A stretch of DNA of 64,000 nucleotides from Clostridiales bacterium (GTDB lineage: Bacteria > Bacillota > Clostridia > Saccharofermentanales > DTU023). A program made the position numbers and the translations under genes. The notes under the pieces were generated by a model. It saw only the letters and a list, made by a program, of their open reading frames with translations, had not been told where the DNA came from and ran no database searches. The DNA lies in NCBI GenBank assembly GCA_004556925.1, contig SFFI01000004.1, forward strand, positions 9,298 to 73,297, written 5' to 3'. This document shows positions 1 to 9,406 of the stretch, piece by piece; position 1 is the stretch's first letter; every line of letters starts with the position of its first letter.

Positions 1-737
1 AGGCCTAAAAGCATGATAGAGAATACATAGGCTAAGTCTAAAAGCAGTAAAAAAGCCAGCTGGCGGGGCAAAGTTTGGCCAAAACGGCGCCAGGTATAGC
101 CTAGAGCTGTCTCCTTTTGTGGATCCGCGAGCTGGCAGCCAGGGAAAGCTTCAGCTTGAGATGCCTCCGCGAAGGCCTCACGCGTCCAAGCATCTTCCGA
201 GGGCAATTCCTCAGAAATCCCCGCATCTTGGTCACTCGTGCCTGGAGGGCTCTCTTGCCAATAATAGCCCCCAACAAGGGTAGACTTATCCGGGCTATTA
301 CCCTCCTTAAGGTCCTTATTGAGGGACTGGCTTAGGCTCCGCAATATTTTGACCTGGAGGCGGAAGGCTCGAATACTGTCTAGTAAGGCTTGGTCTTCTT
401 TGCTTCTGGGGCCTGACTGGCTATAGCAAGTCTGCTCAAGCACAAAAATCTGCATATACATTAAGGATAAAGCAGAGGCGATCAGGGCACTTGCCGCATG
501 AAGCCCGATAATCAACCAATTGCCGGGGCTAAGTTGGCCCAGGATATCAACCGGGCTGAGACGCCCTAGACTTTCTAAGGCATAGGTGAAAGGGAAAAAG
601 TTGCGATCCCCTATGGGTGCTAGGCGTGCTGAAATCTGCAAGGCTAAGATCAGGAGGAGGCTTAACTTGACAAATTTTTCTTCTTTCAGACGGTAGAAGC
701 GAAAGGCTTCTAGATTAAGCTGCCAAGTAGAACGCAT
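1..737 (-). CDS. hypothetical membrane protein, N-terminal part only (ORF runs off the left edge of the window)
   Basis: The minus-strand frame is open from ATG at 737-735 (AAAGGAGGAG directly upstream) to position 1. Hydrophobic segments: LSLLLILALQI, WLIIGLHAASALIASALSLMYMQIFVL, LAFLLLLDLAYVFSIMLLG. It is absent from the ORF track because no stop lies inside the window. Confidence 0.5.
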   Translation of the reverse strand, partial: MRSTWQLNLEAFRFYRLKEEKFVKLSLLLILALQISARLAPIGDRNFFPFTYALESLGRLSPVDILGQLSPGNWLIIGLHAASALIASALSLMYMQIFVLEQTCYSQSGPRSKEDQALLDSIRAFRLQVKILRSLSQSLNKDLKEGNSPDKSTLVGGYYWQESPPGTSDQDAGISEELPSEDAWTREAFAEASQAEAFPGCQLADPQKETALGYTWRRFGQTLPRQLAFLLLLDLAYVFSIMLLG

Positions 738-789
738 AACTCCTCCTTTCCCTGTGCTCCATGGAGTAGATTTACCACCCCATTAGAGC

Positions 790-1260
790 TTAACGCAGTT
801 CGTCTTGATCCAACTTACATTCCTGCAGGCCGCGGACTTGCCGCATAGCCTCTTGAAGCTGCTTGGCTATTTTAACACTTCCCAGCCAGATACTTAAGTT
901 TAGCTGGGAAAGATTAGGGCCCATCCGTTGTTGGTTGGCCTGCTGTATTTTTTCTGCATACGGCTCCAAGACCTGGCTCATCTGGGTCAAGAAGCTGCCA
1001 GACAAGATTGCTAGGATGCGAAAATGAAAGAGCTGCTGGCCTTCCTGGCTTTCATAGGCAAAGACATGCTCCCTATACTTATAATAAGCGGAACGTGAAA
1101 TCCCTTCTTCCTTGCAAGCCTGGTTAATCGACAGCAGGGGGTTGGCTGCTAACTTACGTTTAACGCGCACAACCCGGCGTAGCGTTTCACCAGCGGCATT
1201 TTCAGCAACTAAAATATACTGGTCACGTTTAGCTTTTTTAGCCTTGGTCTTCCCTGCCAT
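790..1260 (-). CDS. hypothetical small protein with basic N-terminus and helix-turn-helix-like segment
   Basis: 156-aa ORF with N-terminus MAGKTKAKKAKRDQ and an HTH-like stretch SINQACKEEGISRSAYYKYREH. It lies 9 nt downstream of the rdgB-like gene on the same strand. Confidence 0.5.
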   Translation of the reverse strand: MAGKTKAKKAKRDQYILVAENAAGETLRRVVRVKRKLAANPLLSINQACKEEGISRSAYYKYREHVFAYESQEGQQLFHFRILAILSGSFLTQMSQVLEPYAEKIQQANQQRMGPNLSQLNLSIWLGSVKIAKQLQEAMRQVRGLQECKLDQDELR

Positions 1261-1269
1261 CTCCTGCTC

Positions 1270-1866
1270 CTATACTAATTGACCCGCTTTGAGGTCCTGG
1301 TACCAGTCTCTAAGTGCCAAGCCCCGGTGGCTGATGCTGTGCTTTTGCTGGGGAGCTAGTTCAGCAGTCGTTTTGCCCAGGCTAGGAACATAGAAGATAG
1401 GGTCGTAGCCGAAGCCCTTGTCTCCTCGACGTTCCGGTAGTAAAAGTCCTGCTACCGACCGCTGGTAATGGTAAATCTGCCCCGAAGCGGAAATATAAGA
1501 GAGTGAGCAGAAAAAGGAGGCTGTCCACGTGTCCTGTGGGAAGGGCGCTAAGAGTTGCCAGAGCCTGTCAATTTTATCCTTATAGGAGCTATGCTCACCC
1601 GCAAAGCGGGCTGAATAGATGCCCGGGTAACCCTCTAACACATCAACCGAAAGGCCCGAGTCATCCGCCAAAACTGGGCGCTTTAATTGGGCATAGGCAG
1701 CCTTGGCTTTAATATCTGAATTCTCCTGATAGGACTTGCCCGTTTCTTCCACGTCCTCGTCAAGCCCTAGAGCATGTAGACTAACAAAGCACAAGTTAGG
1801 ATCCTGAAGAATCTCCTGAAATTCTTTGACCTTATCAGGGTTATGGGTGGCTAGGACAATTTCCAT
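1270..1866 (-). CDS. rdgB: non-canonical purine NTP pyrophosphatase (RdgB/HAM1 family)
   Basis: 198 aa with family motifs: VLATHNPDKVKEF at the N-terminus, GFGYDPIFY, and SHRG near the C-terminus. Confidence 0.9.
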   Translation of the reverse strand: MEIVLATHNPDKVKEFQEILQDPNLCFVSLHALGLDEDVEETGKSYQENSDIKAKAAYAQLKRPVLADDSGLSVDVLEGYPGIYSARFAGEHSSYKDKIDRLWQLLAPFPQDTWTASFFCSLSYISASGQIYHYQRSVAGLLLPERRGDKGFGYDPIFYVPSLGKTTAELAPQQKHSISHRGLALRDWYQDLKAGQLV

Positions 1867-1890
1867 CTGATTTCCACTTTCTACCAGGCG

Positions 1891-3399
1891 CTAAATCCAG
1901 GACCTGGGATAGGTATTCTTGAAGAAGTGATCTTGTCGTTTGAGCCATAAAAGGATCCGGCCTTGAAAGGCCAAAGCGACATAGGCACCAGCTGGTATAG
2001 CATTCAGCTCCTCCACTTTAGCACAAGTCCCTTCACGAAATAAGCGACCGGCTTGGCTTTCAAGCATCGCTAAAACCTGATCTATGAGTAGGGTCTCACC
2101 CCTTAGTGCGGCTCTCAGCAGGGCACACTCTTCTAGCTCTAAGGTCCAGCTGGGGTCGGCAAGGGAGACAAATTGGGCCAAAGCCTGGCTGGGTTGAAAG
2201 TCTAACGACCCTACCTCTCCCCTAGTCTGACCCAGGTAGAGCCCTGTCTTCAAATAATAGCTCTTGGGTGAGATGGGGGCTAGGGCCGGCAGAAGGTGTA
2301 ACTTTTCCTCTTGTGCTCTTAAGTAAAAGTGCCCGCTCTTTAAACTTGCAGCAAGTCGGCCACTTCCGCTTAAGTTTTTCTGCTTAAAGGCTTCCCAGGC
2401 CTCCAAGACCGTCCGAGCAGACCGTGGCGGCCTCTCCTGTATGGTACACCCGCTACTGTTCCTTTTCCCTTGTCCCGCCTCCTGCTTCAGCAGGAGGGCC
2501 GCAAACTGCCCTTCGCCCCTGGATAAATGCGGCCAGATTCTCAGCGTATGCTGTGTGGGATACCGGCTCTCCGGGTCTGCCAGGCCAGGGCTGACTCCTG
2601 GACGACTAGCAGGCACTAAATCAAAATCTGGATGCCGGTCCAGGAATTGAATCACCTGTCCCTCATTTTCCGCCCAGGAGTAAGAGCAGGTGGAATACAC
2701 CAGGCGGCCACCTGGACGCAGATTTTGCGCAGCCTCGTCAAGAATGGCTGCCTGAAGGTCGAGGATCTCAGGTCCGCGGTAGCGCGACCAAGACTGCAAG
2801 GCTCTAGAGTCTTTTCTAAACATGGCAGAACCTGTACAGGGGACATCCACTAAGACCAAGTCAAAGAAAGCTTGAGAGGCCAAAATCTGCTGGGAAAAAC
2901 CGAGGGCATCTCGGCAAGACACCACACACAAGGCTGAGCCCGCCAGCTCGACGTTCCGGCTAAGGGCTCTAGCCCGCTTTTCGTTGATTTCATTGGCCCA
3001 TAGAAGGCCCTGGTCCCCGAGGCTGCCTAGTACCGCAAAGGCCTTGCCGCCCGGGGCAGCACAAAGGTCCAAGACTTTTTCGCCAGCTTGCGGCTCCGCA
3101 AGGTCACCTGGCAACATGGCGGAGGGATCTTGTAAGTAGAAAAGTCCCTGCCGGTAGTAAACACTTGCGGAAAGCTTATGGTCAGGAGGCAAGAAATAGC
3201 CGGCTCTGGCCCAAGGCACGGGCTCCAGGTCTTGGTAAGGCAGGTCATCCAAGCTTTGTAGCTTCAGTCGGTTCAGAAGCAAACCTGCGCTGGCCTGGTC
3301 TTGAAAGCTATCCATAAAGTCTTGCCACTTGCCAGGTACATCAAAGCGGGACCACAGGTCTTGCATTTCCGTGATGAATTTTGCAGGAAGTTTCAACAT
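1891..3399 (-). CDS. RsmB/RsmF-family rRNA (cytosine-C5) methyltransferase
   Basis: 502 aa. SAM-binding motif LDLCAAPGGK; catalytic motifs DVPCTGSAMFRKD and YSTCSYSWAENEGQV. Confidence 0.85.
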   Translation of the reverse strand: MLKLPAKFITEMQDLWSRFDVPGKWQDFMDSFQDQASAGLLLNRLKLQSLDDLPYQDLEPVPWARAGYFLPPDHKLSASVYYRQGLFYLQDPSAMLPGDLAEPQAGEKVLDLCAAPGGKAFAVLGSLGDQGLLWANEINEKRARALSRNVELAGSALCVVSCRDALGFSQQILASQAFFDLVLVDVPCTGSAMFRKDSRALQSWSRYRGPEILDLQAAILDEAAQNLRPGGRLVYSTCSYSWAENEGQVIQFLDRHPDFDLVPASRPGVSPGLADPESRYPTQHTLRIWPHLSRGEGQFAALLLKQEAGQGKRNSSGCTIQERPPRSARTVLEAWEAFKQKNLSGSGRLAASLKSGHFYLRAQEEKLHLLPALAPISPKSYYLKTGLYLGQTRGEVGSLDFQPSQALAQFVSLADPSWTLELEECALLRAALRGETLLIDQVLAMLESQAGRLFREGTCAKVEELNAIPAGAYVALAFQGRILLWLKRQDHFFKNTYPRSWI

Positions 3400-3424
3400 C
3401 TATCAGGGTACTTACCTTTGTAGT

Positions 3425-5128
3425 CTAAAGTGCTAAGAGGTCACAAACAGAGAAGCTGGCTTTTTTCAAACTATCCTGACTAAAGGGCACGGGCAGAGCC
3501 GCTTCACTCAGACGGTCCAAAATAGCTCCGCCAGGATTGGTCAGCAGGAAGTTATTAAGCGTGTTAGATAAAAGGCTTCGTGAGAGGTGGTGGGGGTGGA
3601 GGGCTAAAATGGTCACCAGGGCCAGGACAGGAGAGAGCGCCTGGTAGGCCTCTAGGTTCAGGGAGAAAACATAGGGCCACAAGAGGTCTAAAATATCCTC
3701 AGAGAAAGTCGGAAGGCCGATGAATCCTAACTGCTTATCTAAAACCTTCTGGAAGGCCTGACGCAAGCGGAGGGCATCTAGCCTGCCCTGCATGTGATAT
3801 AGACGGTTTTCCCAAACATAGCAGAAGCAATGCAAAAAGCTCTTTTGCAATTGTTGGGCCCATTCCATATCCCAGGCCAGATCAGCGTTCTCGCCATAGA
3901 AGGCCCCTAATTCTTTCTTGGCTAAAACCAAGAACAAGTAGGCAGAAAGTTGCTTGCTGTAGGCATCCTGCCGGGAGGATCCCAGGCTGTGGAAGTTGAG
4001 CATGGCAGAAATATCTGCTAAGGCATAGCCCGCATCCAAAAAGCTACTTGTGAGGGGACGGCGTCCATCCAGAGGCAGGGCCAAAAAGGAGGCTGGGACC
4101 GACATCAGGAGGCTGGAAGGTGTGCCTAACTGCTCACGCACTAGGCTGTCATAGCTGATATAACCCTTGTCCAGAAGGCTTAAGAGGAAGTGCTGGGGAT
4201 GTCCCGTCAGATCAGCTAAGGAGCTGGCAAATTGTTGCTGCAGGTCATATCCCTCTGTAAGAACCGGAATTTGCCCGTATTGGGACAGGACGGGGTAATC
4301 CAGCCAGGCTTCTGCTGCGGGGCCTAAGCGGTAGTCTTTAAGCGCCTTTAGCGCTTGCCAGATGGGGATAAAATGCGTGCGGAAGTCCGCAATAAAATTG
4401 AGCTCTGCCTTACGACCAAAGGACCGCTTGCCCCGCCTGGCCTCATGGTAGTCGGAGTAATTAGCAAATCCTGTATACTTAGCAATTTGTGCTCTGACAG
4501 CCAAGAGTTCGAGACAAAGGCGGGTTCTATCTTTATTATCTTCCCGCAAACGCTGGATGAGGGCTTGGAAAAAGGCCAAGCGATCGTCATGGGCAATCAA
4601 AGCATCCCAAGGGAAAGCAGAATGATTAAACTCCTCCCATAAGCTTAGGGTTGAAGGCTTGATTGTCTGTAAGGCTTGAACCAAGTCATTTTCTCGGTCC
4701 CAGACTTCTACAGGGATCAACTCTTCAAAGCGCGACCAGCGCCAAGCCCGGGACCAGAGGTCCATATCTGCGGCGGACTCCTCCATTGCCTCATACGGAT
4801 AGTTGGCAATAGCTCGATAGACTGTCCCCTTAGCCTGGGCCAAACTGAGGCTGGAACAGGCCCCTTCCAAGGCTTGACCCGTCTCCTGGGCTTGGTCGGG
4901 CCTTAAGGCCTGGTGGATACGGGCGTAATCCACCTGGCTTTGCTTGCTTAAGAGGATTTGTTGAAAAGATAAGAGACTGCGGGCAGCCTCTTCTGCTCCC
5001 TTCTCCTGAGCAATAAGGGCTTGGATGTCTGTCGTGAGCTGGACCAACTCTGCCTCTTGGCAGGGGGCGAAACTCAAGTCACTAAAGCGGGGAATATCCG
5101 CCAGCATAGCCAAGCTCTTATCCTCCAT
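3425..5128 (-). CDS. hypothetical protein, possibly an M3-type oligoendopeptidase-like fold lacking the HEXXH zinc site
   Basis: 567-aa ORF lying 3 nt downstream of argS on the same strand. No HEXXH occurs anywhere. The segment LDAGYAL sits where M3 peptidases carry HEFGHAL. The family call is tentative. Confidence 0.6.
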   Translation of the reverse strand: MEDKSLAMLADIPRFSDLSFAPCQEAELVQLTTDIQALIAQEKGAEEAARSLLSFQQILLSKQSQVDYARIHQALRPDQAQETGQALEGACSSLSLAQAKGTVYRAIANYPYEAMEESAADMDLWSRAWRWSRFEELIPVEVWDRENDLVQALQTIKPSTLSLWEEFNHSAFPWDALIAHDDRLAFFQALIQRLREDNKDRTRLCLELLAVRAQIAKYTGFANYSDYHEARRGKRSFGRKAELNFIADFRTHFIPIWQALKALKDYRLGPAAEAWLDYPVLSQYGQIPVLTEGYDLQQQFASSLADLTGHPQHFLLSLLDKGYISYDSLVREQLGTPSSLLMSVPASFLALPLDGRRPLTSSFLDAGYALADISAMLNFHSLGSSRQDAYSKQLSAYLFLVLAKKELGAFYGENADLAWDMEWAQQLQKSFLHCFCYVWENRLYHMQGRLDALRLRQAFQKVLDKQLGFIGLPTFSEDILDLLWPYVFSLNLEAYQALSPVLALVTILALHPHHLSRSLLSNTLNNFLLTNPGGAILDRLSEAALPVPFSQDSLKKASFSVCDLLAL

Positions 5129-5131
5129 GCA

Positions 5132-6856
5132 CTACATTCTCTCCACAACTTCTATCCCCAAGAGGCTTAGGGCCAGCTTGAGCTGAGAGGCAAATAGGCT
5201 GCACAGGGCAAGTCTTGCCAGGCGCAGGTCTGGATCTTCTGCCCTTAAGATAGAAACAGATTGGTAGAAACGGCTGTAGTCTCGAACTAGGCTAATAATC
5301 TGCCGCGTGAGGATTGAGGGCTCGTAGGCCTCAACTGCATCTATGCTGGCCTGTTCCAATTGCGCCAAACTCTTTAAGACCTGGAATTCTGTATCTTCAG
5401 TTAAGAGCTCTGTTTTTGCCTGGGCTAGCTCTTCCTGGGTAACGCCTGCTTTACGGAGGACACTTTGGGCGCGCGCATAGGCATAAAGCAGGTAGGGCGC
5501 CGTATCACCGGCAAAGTCTAGCATCTCATCCCAGGAGAAAGCTATGTCATGCTCTCTGCCTGCCCTGAGATAGATAAATTTAACGGCAGCTACCCCGATA
5601 GCCTCAGCGATCGCGTCCTTTTGGTCAGCCAGATCAAAGCCACCCTCATCCATGATTTCTGAGACCCGCTTCACGGTTTCATCCAGGAAATCTTCCAACA
5701 AGATAACCTTGCCAGACCGGGTAGAAAAGTCTTGGTCTCCAAAAGAAAGCCTACCAAAGGCAACATGGTAATTTTTCCCCGCCTTTGGGTGTCCCAGTTT
5801 GTCCAAGACAGCAAAGACCTGCTGGAAGTGGTGTGTTTGTTCTTTGCCTACGATATAAACATTGCGGTAGTAGTCCCAGGTCTTCGCACGGTAAAAAATA
5901 GCTGTGATATCCCGGGTCGCATAAATCGAAGAACCATCCGACTTCAGAATAATGCAGGGGGTGAGATGATATTCATCCAACATGACCACCTGGGCACCCT
6001 GGCTTTCTACCAACAGGCCTTGGGCACGGAGCAGGTCTACAACGGCTGGCATCTTGTCTGAGTAAAAGCTTTCCCCGTTATAGGAGTCGAAGGCAATATT
6101 TAAGCGGTCATAAATACGGGCAAACTCCTGGAGGCTGAGCTTTCTAAAGCGTTCCCACAGCTTATATTCTAGTTCTTCTCCCAACTCTAGGCGGCGGAAA
6201 TGGTCCCTCGCCGCGTCGTACATCTCCGGCTTGTCCTCAGCCAACTGGTGAAATTTAACGTAAACACGCGTTAGCTCTTTAATAGGCTCTTCTTCCAGGG
6301 CTTTTTCATCTCCCCAGGCCAGCCAGGCGTAGATGAGGCGGCCAAACTGGGTACCATAGTCGCCCAAGTGGTTGAGCCGCTTCACTATATAGCCTTGATA
6401 AGCGTAGAGTTTGGCAATCGCATCTCCCAGGATAGTTGAAAAGCCATGGCCCACATGGAAGGGTTTAGCAATATTGGGCGAGGAATACTCTACCAAGACC
6501 ACTTGGTCGGCCCGCGCAGGATCACAGAGGTGGCCAATGAATCGATCCGGCTGGGCTTGGGCCGCTTGAAAGATAGAGCTAGCGTAGGCGGCTCTATCAT
6601 AGAAAAAGTTCACGTAGGGGCCTTTGGCCTCCACCTTGGCCAAGTGGTTCGCCTGGGCGGAAATTTGCCTTGCCAGATCTTGTGCGATTAAGGGAGGGGC
6701 CTTGTGCTCTTGCTTGGCAAAACGAAAGCACGGTAGGGCCAGGTCTCCCAGTTCAGGCTGAGGGGGCGTTTCGACAATTTCGGAAACAGCAACCGGGTCC
6801 ATCTTGAGAACCCGGCTGATAAGGTCAATCGTTTGGTCTTTTAAATTCATCAGCAC
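5132..6856 (-). CDS. argS: arginine--tRNA ligase
   Basis: 574 aa. Class I HIGH region SSPNIAKPFHVGH; length and C-terminal helical domain are typical of ArgRS. Confidence 0.95.
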   Translation of the reverse strand: MLMNLKDQTIDLISRVLKMDPVAVSEIVETPPQPELGDLALPCFRFAKQEHKAPPLIAQDLARQISAQANHLAKVEAKGPYVNFFYDRAAYASSIFQAAQAQPDRFIGHLCDPARADQVVLVEYSSPNIAKPFHVGHGFSTILGDAIAKLYAYQGYIVKRLNHLGDYGTQFGRLIYAWLAWGDEKALEEEPIKELTRVYVKFHQLAEDKPEMYDAARDHFRRLELGEELEYKLWERFRKLSLQEFARIYDRLNIAFDSYNGESFYSDKMPAVVDLLRAQGLLVESQGAQVVMLDEYHLTPCIILKSDGSSIYATRDITAIFYRAKTWDYYRNVYIVGKEQTHHFQQVFAVLDKLGHPKAGKNYHVAFGRLSFGDQDFSTRSGKVILLEDFLDETVKRVSEIMDEGGFDLADQKDAIAEAIGVAAVKFIYLRAGREHDIAFSWDEMLDFAGDTAPYLLYAYARAQSVLRKAGVTQEELAQAKTELLTEDTEFQVLKSLAQLEQASIDAVEAYEPSILTRQIISLVRDYSRFYQSVSILRAEDPDLRLARLALCSLFASQLKLALSLLGIEVVERM

Positions 6857-7771
6857 TTAACCCCAAAGTTTTGCGGGGTACCTCCCTTGGTCAATCAGCG
6901 TTTTTATAGAGGCCACAACGTGCGGCTTGTCTTCTTTATAGGTTACCCCAATCCATTGGTCAGCACTTTCCTTACAGTGTACATGCAGTTCGCCTGCCTG
7001 GATCAGACTGCCAATACGCTCAGGCAGCAGGTACTCTGCTTTTAAGGGGTTGTGAGCCAGAGCGGTTTCTAAGAAGGGGGGAAATCCCGCCTGTAATTGG
7101 TCTACAAAACTGGGGTCAAAGCCCCAAAAGTTCATAGAGCAAGGGGCATCCTTAGCCACATGTCCATAGGTCTGGCCCTCATCCTGCGAATACCGCACGC
7201 AATCCCCATCTGCCTCTAGGCGGAAACGCTCTACCAGCGAACGCAGGCTATGACCCTGGTCAATATCACAAATAGCCCGGGTCACATAGCCATGGGGAGA
7301 TAAGGTATTTTCGAGGATATAGTTGACCAAGAGGGCATGACCAGGTTGAGATTCCTGCTTCAAATAGTCATAGACCAAATGGTAGGCCTGGGGGCCGTAG
7401 TAGTCATCCGAGTTAATCACAGCAAAGGGAGCGTCTAAAACCTCTCGAGCGGCCAGTACGGCATGGGCAGTGCCCCAGGGTTTGATCCGGCCTTCTGGCA
7501 GTCTATAGCCCTCGGGCAGGTCTTCCAATCTTTGGGGGCAATAAGTCAGCTCCAGGTCTGCCGGCATACGGCTGCCAATTGCCTCCTTGAAGAGGCTTTC
7601 ATCATCACCAATAATAAAAACAACCCGCTTAAAGCCCGCCTGTACCGCATCATAAAGGGAATACTCCATAAGAATCTCCCCGTGGGGTCCTAGGGGATCA
7701 ATTTGCTTGAGTCCCCCATAGCGGGAGCCTAGACCGGCAGCTAAGATAAGTAAAATAGGTTCTGGAGACAT
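6857..7771 (-). CDS. sugar-phosphate nucleotidyltransferase family protein
   Basis: 304 aa with N-terminal LILAAGLGSRYGGLKQ (GXGTR-type NTP-transferase loop). It abuts the argS start, so an operon is likely. Confidence 0.8.
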   Translation of the reverse strand: MSPEPILLILAAGLGSRYGGLKQIDPLGPHGEILMEYSLYDAVQAGFKRVVFIIGDDESLFKEAIGSRMPADLELTYCPQRLEDLPEGYRLPEGRIKPWGTAHAVLAAREVLDAPFAVINSDDYYGPQAYHLVYDYLKQESQPGHALLVNYILENTLSPHGYVTRAICDIDQGHSLRSLVERFRLEADGDCVRYSQDEGQTYGHVAKDAPCSMNFWGFDPSFVDQLQAGFPPFLETALAHNPLKAEYLLPERIGSLIQAGELHVHCKESADQWIGVTYKEDKPHVVASIKTLIDQGRYPAKLWG

Positions 7772-7874
7772 GACTAACCTCTTTCCATTAAGCCTTCAAG
7801 GCAATATCTTCTGTATAAAAGATATTATACTGAGCTGGCCAGGGAAAGAAAGTAGAAAGCTAGAGAAAAAGTGA

Positions 7875-7904
7875 GAAGCCGCTCATCATATGACCAGCGG
7901 CTTC
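7875..7904 (-). terminator. intrinsic terminator-like hairpin downstream of the flavoprotein remnant
   Basis: GAAGCCGCT-12 nt-AGCGGCTTC. A T-run follows on the minus strand (plus-strand AAAAA at 7866-7870), and T-rich sequence also follows on the plus strand. Confidence 0.6.
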
Positions 7905-7911
7905 CGTTTCT

Positions 7912-8550
7912 TTATTTATTCTTGAGGGCATTGACCCCAGCTATCTGGCCTGTAATGACAGCTTCTGAGAGGTTAGCCCCCTTGGGGAAGATGTTGGGGA
8001 AGAAGGAGCCCAAGGAGTCCGCTGTGTAGAGGTGGGGAATAATATACCCCCTGGTATCCAGGACCTGGCAAGCCACATTCCGGCGGGGCCCACCTAGTGT
8101 GGCTTCCAAAACCGGAGTTAAAGGAAGGGCGTAGTAGGGTCCATTTTCATCTAGGGCAAAGAGATTTTGTGCTCGACGGCCCAATTGGGGATCACGGCCA
8201 TCCCAGCAGAAACCTTGGTAGTCCGCGAACTGAGCTTCTAAATCAGCAGGGTCAAGCTGGATCGCCAGGGCAAGGTTGGCTATGCTATCAGCTTTGATGA
8301 TCTTACCGGCTGTGACTTCCTCCAGATTGTCTTGTGACCAGCCCTGGGCCAGAGGCGCCTGGGTTAGGCCCTTATGGTCCAAAATGGCCCAAGCTTGGGA
8401 AGGAATCTCTTGGGCGCGCCATTCACCTGTGCGGTAAATGTGGCCTTGACGGACCAGGGCACCCTCATCGCTAAAGCGTCGGCCATTTGGCCCGACGACA
8501 AAGCAGGACCGGCCACCCAGCTGGTACCTCTTTGCAATAAGATAGGTATC
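7912..8550 (-). pseudogene. C-terminal remnant of an FAD-dependent flavoprotein (fumarate reductase / flavocytochrome c-like)
   Basis: The frame is open from just after an in-frame TAG (8551-8553) down to 7912. The translation ...GGRSCFVVGPNGRRFSDEG...LYTADSLGSFFP...GQIAGVNA matches only the last ~210 aa of ~500-aa enzymes. There is no N-terminal GXGXXG region, no ATG and no RBS. Confidence 0.6.
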
Positions 8551-8707
8551 CTAGTTTGTCAATTTAGCTTATAACGCGTGATTGGTCCTAACCTCCCCAC
8601 AAAGGATGATTTTTTTTGGTCGACAAGGTTCTAACATAGGGTAAACGAGCAAGGTAACGGGGCTCGAAAAAACCCCAGCCTGCCTTGCAACTATGGAGGT
8701 AAGCAAA

Positions 8708-9289
8708 ATGAAGAAAAAATTAGGAATTCTGTGTTTGATCGCAGTCATTCTCTTTACAGGCGTCAGCTGTTCAGGTGGCAACACTAAGGGCGGAGAGCTG
8801 GACAAGGCGAAAAAATCTGCAGAAGCTTTCGTCGATGCCCTGATTAAGTTTGATGCCACCGAACTCAAAAAGCATATGGCCGAAGCCGAACTGGAGGACT
8901 TTTCGGACGATGATTTATCGGAAGACACGTTCGCCGACGACGAGGGCTTTGATTTTATGGGGGATGTGATTAAAAACACCAGCATCAAATTTAAGTCGGG
9001 CGAGATCAAGCCTGAGGATAAGGAAACCCAATTGACCTATGAGATGACCCGGTCTGACCTTAGCGCCATCATGAAGGAACTAGAAGATCAGGTCAAAAAG
9101 GGCGGTGAGGATATCGTACCCTCCATTGATGTCAAGAAAATCGCCAACAAGACTATGGATCTCACCATTGATCTGGTGAAGGAAAAAGATGAATGGAAGG
9201 TCACCCACGCTGACGATTTGGTCATGACGATTTGGGGGGTGGATGAGATTATGGAATATGTCTTCGGGAACATGGGCGGAGAAGAATAA
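8708..9289 (+). CDS. acidic secreted lipoprotein, function unknown
   Basis: GGAGG at 8695-8699 precedes ATG 8708. Signal peptide MKKKLGILCLIAVILFTGVSC has a lipobox-like cysteine, and the mature part is very D/E-rich. Confidence 0.75.
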   Translation: MKKKLGILCLIAVILFTGVSCSGGNTKGGELDKAKKSAEAFVDALIKFDATELKKHMAEAELEDFSDDDLSEDTFADDEGFDFMGDVIKNTSIKFKSGEIKPEDKETQLTYEMTRSDLSAIMKELEDQVKKGGEDIVPSIDVKKIANKTMDLTIDLVKEKDEWKVTHADDLVMTIWGVDEIMEYVFGNMGGEE

Positions 9290-9347
9290 ACTCAGGCTCT
9301 TATGTAGGGGAATAGACCCCTAAGAGCACATCCCCTCTTAGATCAGA

Positions 9348-9396
9348 GGCTTGCCCCTTGGCAGCATATACTTGGCAGGGGGCAAGCCCTTTTATT
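9348..9396 (+). terminator. intrinsic terminator between convergent genes
   Basis: GGCTTGCCCC-20 nt-GGGGCAAGCC followed by CTTTTATT. Confidence 0.7.
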
Positions 9397-9406
9397 GCGC
9401 ACTGCC

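Noticed and set aside
8569-9009. 146-aa minus-strand ORF
   Set aside because: It is a Ser-rich, low-complexity mirror frame antisense to the lipoprotein gene. The plus-strand gene has an RBS and a signal peptide.
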